A stretch of DNA of 64,000 nucleotides from Myxococcota bacterium (lineage in GTDB: Bacteria > Myxococcota_A > UBA796 > JAFGLY01), in contig JAJRWT010000046.1 of assembly GCA_024276675.1 (NCBI GenBank), forward strand, positions 17,433 to 81,432. The letters run 5' to 3'. The notes beneath the pieces are model-generated. The model had not been told where the DNA came from. It was given only the letters and a program-made list of their open reading frames with translations, and did no database searches. Below are positions 54,292 to 63,400 of the stretch, piece after piece. Numbering within the stretch: position 1 is the stretch's first letter; each line of letters starts with the position of its first letter. The translations under genes and the position numbers were made by a program.

Positions 54292-55860
54292 ATGAACACG
54301 GCAGCCCTGCTTTTCCTGCTGGCCTCCGCTGGCGCCGCGGACACATGGTCCCAACCCCACGCTGGTCTGAGCCTGTTGGAGCGTATCGAGACAGGCTCCG
54401 ACCCTCAGCGTATCCACGCTGCCTATGTGTCACTGTGTGAGCCGGGCCTCCACCCGCGGGCCACGCGCTACGAAGAGCGCAGTCAGACCACCTCCGCGTG
54501 GGCGGGGAGCGTTGGCGCCTTCGTCGCCATCAACGGGGCATTCTTCAGCTATGACGACTACGACGCCATCGGCTGGTCCATGGGCGACGGCGAGAGCTGG
54601 CCCACGGCCAGCGACTACGAAGGCTACTCCGCCGTGGCTTTCGCGTCCTACGCCAGGGCCGACATCTTTGACACCGATGTCCCGTTGCCTCCCGACGACC
54701 AACCATGGTGGCGTGAGATGGTGCCGGGCTGGCCCCTGCTGGTGGATGACGGAGAGCTGGTGGACAACGACTGTGAGTCCCACCTCTGCTACGACAATCC
54801 CAGAACCGCGGTGGGCTTGACTGAAGACGGCAGCACCGCCATCCTCGTCACCGTGGACGGTCGCAGTGACTCCGCGGCGGGCATGACCACCGCCGAGCTT
54901 GCGGAGTTGATGTTGGAACTGGGGGCCTTCAGGGCCATCAACCTGGACGGCGGCGGCTCGACCACCATGTACGTGGAGGGCCTGGGCGTCGTCAACGACC
55001 CTTCAGACGGCTCGGAGCGGGTCGTGGCTTCCCACCTGGGTTTTCTCGATGTAGACGGCGAAGAACCCTGTTGCCTGTACGAAAGCGTGGACGGCGCCAC
55101 GGGTGTATTCGGCGACATCCCCGACGATAGCTGGGTCCTGGGCTACGCCGAGGCCCTCTACCAGGCCGGCATCACCGATGGTTGCCAGCAAGACCCCCTG
55201 CTTTTCTGCCCCGATTGCGTCCTGGACCGAGCCCACGCCGGAGTGCTGGTGGCCCGCGGTCTCGGGCTCCAGGAGCAGGACTCTGCCAGCTTTTCGGACG
55301 TGGATCCCGATGAATGGTACGCCGGATGGATCGAAGCACTCTACCAGGCTGGCATCACCACGGGCTGCGGCGACGGCATCTACTGCCCCGACCGCTTGAC
55401 CACCCGCTACGAAGCGGCCGTCTTCGTGTTTCGAGGGATGGGCCTGGAAAGCACCCAGCCCCAGGGGCAGTTTTTCGACCTCAGCGACGACCAGGCCGCC
55501 ATCGTAGAGGCTCTGGTCCAGGCCTGCGTGGTGAGCGGCTGTGGGGACGGCATTTTCTGTCCCGACCAGGAGATCACCAGGGGCGAGATCGCCAAGCTCA
55601 TCGCGGTGGGATTCGGCATCGGTGATTACGGCCCTTGCCTTGACACGGACAGCGGCCAGTGGGGCGACACCGATCACGGGACAGGGGGCCAGGCTGATAC
55701 CGGCTCGGGTTCCATTGCGGCACCAGGTGAGCTGCATGTGACGGAAAGCCAGGGCTGCGGCTGCCAGTCTGCCCCGGGGGGGGGCGCGCCCGCGGTAGCA
55801 GGGCTGGCCCTGGCAATGCTCCTGGCTCTCTCTGGTCGCCGGCAGCAGCAGTCCCCGTGA
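54292..55860 (+). CDS. phosphodiester glycosidase (DUF2233/NAGPA-like) with three SLH-like repeats and MYXO-CTERM-type anchor
   Basis: AGGAGGA RBS and signal peptide. Motifs NPRTAVGLTEDGSTAILVTVDGR and INLDGGGSTTMYV. Three repeats FxDxxxDxW...AGIT(D/T)GCxDGI(Y/F)CPD...TR. C-terminus GCGCQSAPGGGAPAVAGLALAMLLALSGRR. Confidence 0.75.
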   Translation: MNTAALLFLLASAGAADTWSQPHAGLSLLERIETGSDPQRIHAAYVSLCEPGLHPRATRYEERSQTTSAWAGSVGAFVAINGAFFSYDDYDAIGWSMGDGESWPTASDYEGYSAVAFASYARADIFDTDVPLPPDDQPWWREMVPGWPLLVDDGELVDNDCESHLCYDNPRTAVGLTEDGSTAILVTVDGRSDSAAGMTTAELAELMLELGAFRAINLDGGGSTTMYVEGLGVVNDPSDGSERVVASHLGFLDVDGEEPCCLYESVDGATGVFGDIPDDSWVLGYAEALYQAGITDGCQQDPLLFCPDCVLDRAHAGVLVARGLGLQEQDSASFSDVDPDEWYAGWIEALYQAGITTGCGDGIYCPDRLTTRYEAAVFVFRGMGLESTQPQGQFFDLSDDQAAIVEALVQACVVSGCGDGIFCPDQEITRGEIAKLIAVGFGIGDYGPCLDTDSGQWGDTDHGTGGQADTGSGSIAAPGELHVTESQGCGCQSAPGGGAPAVAGLALAMLLALSGRRQQQSP

Positions 55861-56017
55861 TGCACAGGTCGGATCTCGGCCACCAAGCACGACGACCACC
55901 GAAGGGTTCCGGAACAAAAAATGGGTGTCGAGTTCCCACGATGTGAACCGGCCAGTTTCTTTTCCTTCTCGGGAACCTTCTGCACTCCTGTCTCGTAGGA
56001 AGTGCGGAGGCTCGGGA

Positions 56018-57613
56018 ATGGAAGAAACGACCCGACAGAGCTGTAGGGACTTTCGGAAGCGCGTGGGCGCGGACAGGACCATCTCTCCGGCCAACCAGGG
56101 CTCGCAAGCCCATGCCCGCACCTGCCTCGACTGTCGGCAGTGGCTCGCCCAGCTTGAAAACGTCCTGGCCCGTCTCCGCGAGGCCGAACCGCCTGCATTG
56201 CCAAAAGGCTTCCAGGCCAGCCTCGTGGAAAGACTCGGGAAAGGGGCCATCACGGCGACCAGGCCCGACTCCGTGGCTGCTTCTCGGGCACCGTTGGATG
56301 GAATTCTGGCTCGCCTGGCGGGGCTCCGGGGCCTGAGGCCCACCAGGAGCTTTGCCCTGGCCGCCACCTGCCTCGCGGCCGTGGCACTTTTGCTGTCAAC
56401 CCTGCCCACAGGCGTATCAACGACTCCGCGGGCGGTTCTTCTCAGCGTGGGCCTGGATTCTTCAGACACCAATTCCCAGGCGGTCTTCCATGTGCGATGG
56501 CCCGATGACCTGGTGCTGGCTGGCACAGCAGCCGAGCTGCCACCCACACACGCGCTTCGTTGGCGTCTCACTGCCGATTCCGGCGACCTTTCACGCCGTC
56601 TCATCGGACTCGAGGCCGTCACCCCCACTGCCAACGGGGAAATTCAGGTCAAGGCCCAGACGGAGGCATGGTCTTCAACGGCCAGCTTCCTGGTGACTTC
56701 CCATGGCGACGGGCTCCAGTTGTCACGCCTGGAAAACTCCCTGGGATACCGAGCAAACCCGCTTTCCCCCGAGTCCAGGCCAGGTGCGGTCCAGCATACC
56801 CGGCTCCTTCAACTTTCAACCAACCCAGAGGAGGACTTCATGTTCCAATCCATGCAAAAACTCGCGATTCTGGCCATGGTGGCCAGCCCGAGCCTGGCGC
56901 AGGCCAGCAACCAGCATCTCCAGGCCGACGCCCAACTGGTGCCATTGGCCACGGCCCAGCAGGTGAACAACTCCCAGGTAATGTTCCTGCGTGAAGCCGC
57001 AGAAGCCGCCAGGTACCAGTTGGACGCCTTCTTCGCCGGAACCGAGCCATCGGGGGGTACCGGCCCCAGTGACGACGGCACCGGCCCCAGTGACGACGGT
57101 GGCACACCGGATGAATCGGATGGTTCGGGGTGCATGGGATGTGATGGCGACATGGGCGACATGGGCGACATGGGCGGTGACCACGGCGACATGGGCGACA
57201 TGGGCGACATGGGCGACATGGGCGACATGGGCGACATGGGCGACATGGGCGACATGGGCGACATGGGCGACATGGGCGACATGCCCTGCCTGGATTCCGA
57301 GGAGCTTCCCTCCATGGGTGAGCATGGAGAACCGATGCACGAGATGGGTTCAATGGCCGGGCATGGGGAATCCGGTGAGATGGGCGACATGGGCGACATG
57401 GGCGACATGCACGGCACGGACGCAGGCATGAGTGGTGAATGCGACATGGGCATGGGGGGGGACCACTCTTCCATGATGGACTCCATGGACCACATGGAGG
57501 GCATGATGGAGGACGCCGACTGCTCCATGTCCGGTGACATGGGCGGCATGGGCGGAGGCGAAGACGAGGGCATGGGCGGCATGGGCGGTTCCGGCGGCAT
57601 GGGCGGCCACTGA
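56018..57613 (+). CDS. zf-HC2 anti-sigma-factor-like membrane protein continuous with a Met/Asp/Gly/His-rich C-terminal domain
   Basis: ATG 56018 after GCGGAGG. C-x22-H-x3-C-x2-C (CRDF...HARTCLDC) is the zf-HC2 pattern. One TM (FALAATCLAAVALLLSTLP). An in-frame internal ATG at 56840, preceded by GAGGAGG, opens a Sec-type signal (MFQSMQKLAILAMVASPSLAQA). The (GDM)n tracts follow. Confidence 0.6.
   Translation: MEETTRQSCRDFRKRVGADRTISPANQGSQAHARTCLDCRQWLAQLENVLARLREAEPPALPKGFQASLVERLGKGAITATRPDSVAASRAPLDGILARLAGLRGLRPTRSFALAATCLAAVALLLSTLPTGVSTTPRAVLLSVGLDSSDTNSQAVFHVRWPDDLVLAGTAAELPPTHALRWRLTADSGDLSRRLIGLEAVTPTANGEIQVKAQTEAWSSTASFLVTSHGDGLQLSRLENSLGYRANPLSPESRPGAVQHTRLLQLSTNPEEDFMFQSMQKLAILAMVASPSLAQASNQHLQADAQLVPLATAQQVNNSQVMFLREAAEAARYQLDAFFAGTEPSGGTGPSDDGTGPSDDGGTPDESDGSGCMGCDGDMGDMGDMGGDHGDMGDMGDMGDMGDMGDMGDMGDMGDMGDMGDMPCLDSEELPSMGEHGEPMHEMGSMAGHGESGEMGDMGDMGDMHGTDAGMSGECDMGMGGDHSSMMDSMDHMEGMMEDADCSMSGDMGGMGGGEDEGMGGMGGSGGMGGH
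57146..57283 (+). repeat. 9-bp tandem repeat GGCGACATG (3 + 11 copies split by GGCGGTGACCAC), codes (GDM)n
   Basis: Units counted directly: 57146-57172 (3 copies) and 57185-57283 (11 copies). A further block at 57374-57409 has 4 units, the first a variant. Confidence 0.95.
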
Positions 57614-57696
57614 CAGGCGCCGCGGTACTCCCTCCGCTCGTCAATACTCTCCAACGGTGAAGACTATCATCCACTGACCTCTGGCTCTTTTCAAGG

Positions 57697-57716
57697 GCCG
57701 GGGGTCTCGGCTTTTT
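57697..57716 (+). terminator. rho-independent terminator candidate
   Basis: GCCGGG-GGT-CTCGGC (6-bp stem including one G-T pair) followed by TTTTT, 84 nt after the stop at 57613. Confidence 0.4.
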
Positions 57717-57845
57717 CGGATACCTGTCCCCACGCTCGCCTGGCCCCTCGTTCTGCCTGGAACAAGTGGACAAATCCACTGGCCAAGACCCTGCTTGCAG
57801 CGTGTCGCGGTGGCCACTCTCCGTCCTGGTGGCAAATTGTTCGTT

Positions 57846-57861
57846 GGGCACGGCATTTGCT
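57846..57861 (+). promoter_or_regulatory. sigma-54-type promoter candidate (GGGCAC-N5-TTGCT)
   Basis: GGCAC at 57847-57851, exactly 5 nt, then TTGC at 57857-57860 followed by T. One mismatch to TGGCAC-N5-TTGCW (G for the first T). It lies about 77 nt upstream of the 57937 start. Confidence 0.4.
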
Positions 57862-57936
57862 CTCCATGGGAAGGGAAAAGGGCCAGGGTTGGCCATCGCC
57901 ACATCGTCCCCATGACTCCACAGAGGAAACCAGGTC

Positions 57937-59802
57937 TTGAAAAGCACGCGAACTCCACGAAAATCCTCTCGTCGCTTCAAACCCGAAAGCTCTTCCTCCA
58001 GGGATGGAGCATCCTGGCCGCATGTTCTTCTGCTCTTCCTGGGCCTTGGCCTGCTGTCTTCGTTTTCGCCTGCCTCCTGGGCCGTGGAGTCACGACAGTC
58101 CAACATCATGGAACAGGCACGCAGCCTGGTGGACCAGCAGCAGTTTGCCCAGGCGGTCCGGCTCCTGTCGCAGTTGGTCGAAGATGAGCCGGACAGTGCC
58201 GAAACCCGTTTCTGGCTGGCCTATGCCACCTATAAATCAGGTGCATTCCAGGAAGCCCTCGACGAGACATCGAGAGTCCTGGAACTCGAGCCGGACTGGG
58301 TGGACCCCCACTACCTGGCGGGGCTGGCGGCCTTCGGGGCGGGGCGCCCGGAGCTGGCCCGGGAGCATTTCCAATGGGTAGTGGCGCAGGCCGGACCTGC
58401 TGCCGACCTGGGGCGCTCTGCGGCTTTGCAACTGGCAAAGATCAGCCAGCGCCTGGGGTTGGCGAAGGCCAGGGAGCTGATCCGGAAGAAACGCTTCAAT
58501 GAAGCTGTTTCATTGCTGGATGATCTGCTCGCGGCGCAGCCGGACGACACGGACATGGCCTATCATCGAGCCTACGCCTGGTTTCGGATGCGCAAATACG
58601 AAACCGCCCTGCTGGGCTTCCGCGGGATTGTGGAGAGTCATCCCGACTACTACTGGGCTCGCTACATGGAGGCCATCTGCCTCGATCGCCTGGGGCAAAC
58701 TGCCGAGGCAGCCGACATCATGCGCTCCCTGCTGGACTGCTCCGATGTCGGAGTTTCCAGGGAAGCCAGGTCCGCCCTGGACTCCCTGGGCAACTTCGGC
58801 ACGACGAACCAGGAAAACGCCGGCCTGGGCTCCAGCGGGTCCATCTCCTGGCTTTCCGGGGGTAGATGGACGCTGCCCCTTTCAGTGGACATGGACTCCA
58901 ACCCGGCCTACATCCCCGAAAGCTCGTACGTAAAGGACGACGAAGCCGCCACGGGCTTTTCGCTTCAGCCGACGGGGGAGCTGCTCCTCCTGGACGGTGT
59001 ACGCTCCACCCTGGCCTTGGGGGCCGAGGGCATTCTGCGACTCTACCCCTGGGGCCCCGGAGAGTACGAACTTACGCAGATCTACTCCAATATCGAGTAT
59101 GGAACCCGTGGACGGGAATATCGGTTCTGGGCGGGCGTCGGCAGCGGTGTCTCCTGGCTGGGCTGGGACCTGTTCCTGGACTTGCAGGAGACATACCTGG
59201 GTGGTCACTGGATCCAGCACAGCAGGACTCGTAGCGTGGCGGCCATGGGTGCCTACAGGCGGAAGGCTCACCTGGAAGACTACCAGAACCTGGACGCACT
59301 GGGAGCATGGGGTCGGCTGGGCCAGCGGATAATGTTGTCACGCAGGGCCTACCTGGAACCGGGCTACTACTTCGAAACAGAAAACGCCGCTGCCTATTCC
59401 TTGTCCTGGTCCGGGACCCTTGACTCGGGAAGTGGATACGAGGCCCTCATCACGGCTGAAGCCAGCTTCTTCGGCCATGGCCCCCGCCTTGAAGCCGTCA
59501 TGGAGTTCCCCTGGCGGGAGTTGAGGCTGGACTGGAGCGCGGGTCTGTCCTGGCGCGGCTACGGGAAGCCCGAGATCCTGGTCTATGACGTGGATGGCGA
59601 GTCCTTCACCTACGAAGGCCAACGGCGGGACAGGCGCACCTGGCTGTACCTGGACAACTCCTTCCGGGCCGCGGGGCAGTTGTACCTTTTCGGCAGGTTC
59701 AGCGGGCTCTTCAACAGCTCCACCCTGTCAGGGGAGGACTGGCCCTCCGACAGATCCTACTCCAGGCGCCTGGTCTCGTTGGGGGTGGAGTTGCGTGGAT
59801 GA
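57937..59802 (+). CDS. TPR-repeat exported protein with beta-rich C-terminal domain
   Basis: TTG start after GAGGA. Basic N-region then LLLFLGLGLLSSFSPASWA. TPR-like helices (AETRFWLAYATYKSGAFQEALDETSRVLELEPDW...). The C-terminal ~300 aa are Gly/aromatic-rich strands. The stop overlaps the ECF sigma start. Confidence 0.65.
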   Translation: MKSTRTPRKSSRRFKPESSSSRDGASWPHVLLLFLGLGLLSSFSPASWAVESRQSNIMEQARSLVDQQQFAQAVRLLSQLVEDEPDSAETRFWLAYATYKSGAFQEALDETSRVLELEPDWVDPHYLAGLAAFGAGRPELAREHFQWVVAQAGPAADLGRSAALQLAKISQRLGLAKARELIRKKRFNEAVSLLDDLLAAQPDDTDMAYHRAYAWFRMRKYETALLGFRGIVESHPDYYWARYMEAICLDRLGQTAEAADIMRSLLDCSDVGVSREARSALDSLGNFGTTNQENAGLGSSGSISWLSGGRWTLPLSVDMDSNPAYIPESSYVKDDEAATGFSLQPTGELLLLDGVRSTLALGAEGILRLYPWGPGEYELTQIYSNIEYGTRGREYRFWAGVGSGVSWLGWDLFLDLQETYLGGHWIQHSRTRSVAAMGAYRRKAHLEDYQNLDALGAWGRLGQRIMLSRRAYLEPGYYFETENAAAYSLSWSGTLDSGSGYEALITAEASFFGHGPRLEAVMEFPWRELRLDWSAGLSWRGYGKPEILVYDVDGESFTYEGQRRDRRTWLYLDNSFRAAGQLYLFGRFSGLFNSSTLSGEDWPSDRSYSRRLVSLGVELRG

Positions 59803-60347
59803 CCTGGTTTCGCCGGAGACGACCGCGCACCGAACCAGGGGCCGGCGTGCAGGCCATGGAGCCCGAGGCCTATGCAGAGCTGTGCGCACCATACCAACGT
59901 CGGCTCTACCAGGTGGCGCTTGGCATGGCGGGCGACCCCGACCAGGCCGCCGATCTGGCCCAGGAGGCGCTGGTTCGTGGCTTCAGATCCCTGCACGGTT
60001 TCAAGCCAGGGGCCCCCCTCTACCCCTGGCTGTTGAGGATCATGCGCAACATCTGGATCGATGAACTGAAGTCGGCACGGGGCCGCCGGGAGGTTCCCAT
60101 GGAAAGGAGCATGGAGACTGCCGGTCATGCCGCGGACCCCCTGGCATCGGTCCTGGAGAGTGAACGTTCCGTTGCCCTGCACAGGGCCATAGCCAGCCTG
60201 CCGCCGGAGTTCGCCATGACCATCACCCTGTTCGATCTTCAGGGCATGAGCTACGAGGAAGTGGCCAGGGCAACGGGCGTGCCGGTGGGTACCGTGCGTT
60301 CGCGCCTGCATCGAGCCAGGGACAGGCTCCGGGTGCTGCTGGGGTAG
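59799..60347 (+). CDS. ECF-type RNA polymerase sigma-70 family factor
   Basis: Region 2 (DLAQEALVRGFRSLHGFKPGAPLYPWLLRIMRNIWIDELK) and region 4 HTH (MSYEEVARATGVPVGTVRSRLHRARDRL). The ATG overlaps the upstream TGA (ATGA). Confidence 0.9.
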   Translation: MTWFRRRRPRTEPGAGVQAMEPEAYAELCAPYQRRLYQVALGMAGDPDQAADLAQEALVRGFRSLHGFKPGAPLYPWLLRIMRNIWIDELKSARGRREVPMERSMETAGHAADPLASVLESERSVALHRAIASLPPEFAMTITLFDLQGMSYEEVARATGVPVGTVRSRLHRARDRLRVLLG

Positions 60348-60478
60348 CTCCCGGACATGAGGGGGGCGCGGAGGACGTCGCGGGCTCATTGCCATGAGCG
60401 GGTCCCTGAGGGAGGCCCCGTGTTGTAGAATGCCCGGGACCACACGATGTGGCGGCAAACCAGCACGGAGTTTCCCAG

Positions 60479-63400
60479 ATGCGCGTTCCAGAGATCCCCG
60501 CCTCCTGCCTTTCACTTTTTTCGTTGCTGCTGCTTTCGCTGCTCGTGTTCCGGACCCCGGTGGGCCAGGCCGCGCCCCTGGAAGTACCTGCTGAACTCCA
60601 ACCCTGGGTGCCATGGGTGCTCCAGGAGCACGACGATCTCGCTTGCGCGCTGGTGGAGCAGAGCAGAATCTGTGTCTGGCCTGGCTCGCTTCGCCTGGAG
60701 GTGGATCAGGACGGTGGGCGCTTCACCATGGAGGTCCTGCTGGACGCCGACAGGTGGGTGGTTCTCCCCGGGGGGGCCGGCAGGTGGCCCCAGGACCTGC
60801 GGGTGAACGGTGTGCCGGCCGTGGTGCTGGGCAACGACGATGTACCCGGAACTCCGCTGGAGAAGGGTTGGCACAGGATCACCGGTTCCTTCCTCTGGAA
60901 CGACATGCCCCAGGTCATGCAGCTTCCAGCTCGCCTGGCCCGTGTGGAGCTGCTGGTGGACGGGAAGAGGGTCCTCTGGCCCAAACTGGATCCGGGCAGC
61001 CACCAGCTTCGCCTGGGCCAGGGCCAGGTGGAGGACAGCCAGGAGAACCGCCTCGCCCTGGAAGTCTCCCGGCGAGTCGTGGACGGGGTGCCGGTGCAGG
61101 TGGAAACCAGGGTGATGATACGGGCCTCCGGACGTGCCCGGGAGCAGAACCTGGGCCAAGTGCCGGTACCCGGAACCCAGCCAGTGTCCCTGCAAGCAGA
61201 CCTTCCCGCACGTTTCACGCCGGAGGGCGATCTCGTGATCCAGGTGCGTCCTGGAACCTTCGGCCTCACCTTCCACGCCCTGCACACGGGGCCGGTGACC
61301 AGCCTGCGGGTGCCCGAAGGGACCGCGGCATGGCCCCGGCAGGAGTACTGGGTCGTGGAGAAGAACGAGAGGGTGCGGGCGGTGCAGTTGGAGGGTCCGC
61401 AAGCGGTGGACGCAGCAAGGACCCCGCTGCCCCAGGAATGGCGAAACCTGCCCGCCTTCATCATGGGGCCGGATGTGCCACTGGAGTTCAACGAGATCCG
61501 GCGTGGAGAGAGTGAACCTCCTCCCAACCAGTTGGAGCTGGACCGCGAGTTCTGGCTGGACTTTGACGGTGGAGCCATGACGGTGCGTGATACTTTCTCC
61601 GGCCAGTTGAGCCAGGGCTGGAGACTCGACATGTTGGCCCCCGGGCTCCTGGGTCATGTCGCCCAGGACGGCGTGGACCAGGTCATCACCCGTTCGGCCA
61701 ATGGCCTTGCGGGCGTGGAGCTTCGTAGCGCCGATCCCAACGTCGTCGCCGATTCGCGGCTCGATGCTTCTGCCAGGGTTTTCCCCGCGGTAGGCTGGAA
61801 GACGGACCTGCGGCGGCTCTCCGCCACTCTCAATCTACCGCCAGGGTGGACTCTGTTGGGGGGCCTGGGAATGGACAGCATGGAGGGGGCGCTCCTGGAG
61901 CAATGGAGCCTGTTCGATCTCTTCTTCGTCCTGGTGATTTCCATGGCGGTGTTTCGGATGGCGGGACCGGGCTGGGGGCTGCTGGCCCTGCTGGCCCTTG
62001 CCCTGGGGCGCCACCAGCCCCAGGCGCCAGGTTGGACCTGGGTATTCCTGCTTGTTTCCATGGCTTTCCAGCGTGTGGCCACTGCGGGTCGAGCGCGGTC
62101 CCTGGCGAGGGCCTGCCGCTGGATTTTTACCGCCTTGCTGCTTGTGTTCCTGTTGCCTTTCAGCCTGCGCCAGGTGCGGGTGGGCCTGTTCCCCGTGCTG
62201 GAGTTTCCCTGGCAGCAGGCCGGCGTCCAGGCACATGCAGTGGATGAAGACAGACTCGAAGAGACCAGAGCACCTCCCGTGCCAGAGGCAGCCCAGGGCA
62301 CACTGTCCCGGGACTTGCCCGACCTGTACGTCCTGGACTCTTCGGGCGGAATGAAAGGCCTGGCCAAGCGCAAGTCGAGATCCCAGGGCCTCCTCTCCGG
62401 GGGTGAAGAAGACGCCTCGTCGCTGGAGCACAAGGTCACCCTGCAATTCGATCCCGGTTCGGTGGCCAACACCGGTTTCGGCCTGCAGCGATGGTCATGG
62501 AAGAGCCACCACATTGGATGGTCCGGTCCTGTTTCCGCGGATCAGCAGATCAGGCTTTTTCTCATCGGACCCCGCGTGAACCTTGTACTCGCGTTCCTTC
62601 GGGTATCTCTGTTGCTGGCCCTGGCCCTTCGCCTGGCCGGGCTTGGCAGCCTGAAGCTGGTTCGCCGGCTTGCTGGGCCAGCGATACCCTTCTTCTGCCT
62701 GGGGGCGATGCTTCCCATCCTGCTGTCCGGCCGCGCCCTGGCCGCACCTTCCGTCGATCTTCTGGAACAACTGGAAAAGAAACTCACGGAATCCCCCCCT
62801 TGTCAGCCCAACTGCGTCGATGTCCCCCGCATGAAGCTGCAGGTCGCCGATGATGGGTTGCTCATGGAGGTCTGGGTCGATGCTGCCGTGGCCTCTGCCT
62901 GGCCCGTTCCAGGACCGGCAGCCACGTGGGTACCGCAGCAGGTGCTGGTGGACGGCGTGCAGGCCAGGGCCATGACCAGGCTGGATGGAGACTACCTGGC
63001 GGTGCGCCTGAATCCCGGGGTACACACGCTGCGCGTTTCTGGCCCTCTTCCGCCCGTCGACTCCGTCACGCTACGATTCGGCCTGCTACCCAGGATGCTG
63101 GAATGGAGCGGCGACGGATGGACCCTGGCGGGGCTGCATGTCGACGGAAGCGTCGAGAGAAGCGTGCAGATTACCAGGGCAATGGCCTCCTCGGCCGGAG
63201 GTCCGTCTTCCGAAAACCTCTTGCCGTGGATCCAGGTGAAACGCTTCGTGGATCTGGGCATCCCCTGGAAGACCAGGACCACGGTTCAACGTGTGGGACC
63301 CACCCGGAGTCCCCTCACCATCGAGGTGCCTCTCATCCCCGGCGAAGCCGTCATAGACGAAGGCCTGGAGGTGAAAGACGCCCGGGTGCTGGTATCCCTG

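Noticed and set aside
56816-57340. Minus ORF with (HVA)n and other frames across the 9-bp repeat; a possible CRISPR or minisatellite locus
   Set aside because: It is an antisense reading of the (GGCGACATG)n coding repeat. There are no spacers, and the tract is embedded in a long plus-strand ORF.
55003-58109. 543-aa (55003-56634) and 423-aa (56838-58109) minus ORFs
   Set aside because: They are Arg/Pro/Ser-rich antisense translations of the glycosidase and anti-sigma genes. They cross intergenic regions and a terminator-like hairpin.
60512-62514. 381-aa, 308-aa and 286-aa minus ORFs and several 100-300-aa plus ORFs
   Set aside because: All are out of frame with the single 1174-codon open frame starting at 60479. 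That frame alone has a signal peptide and TM helices.
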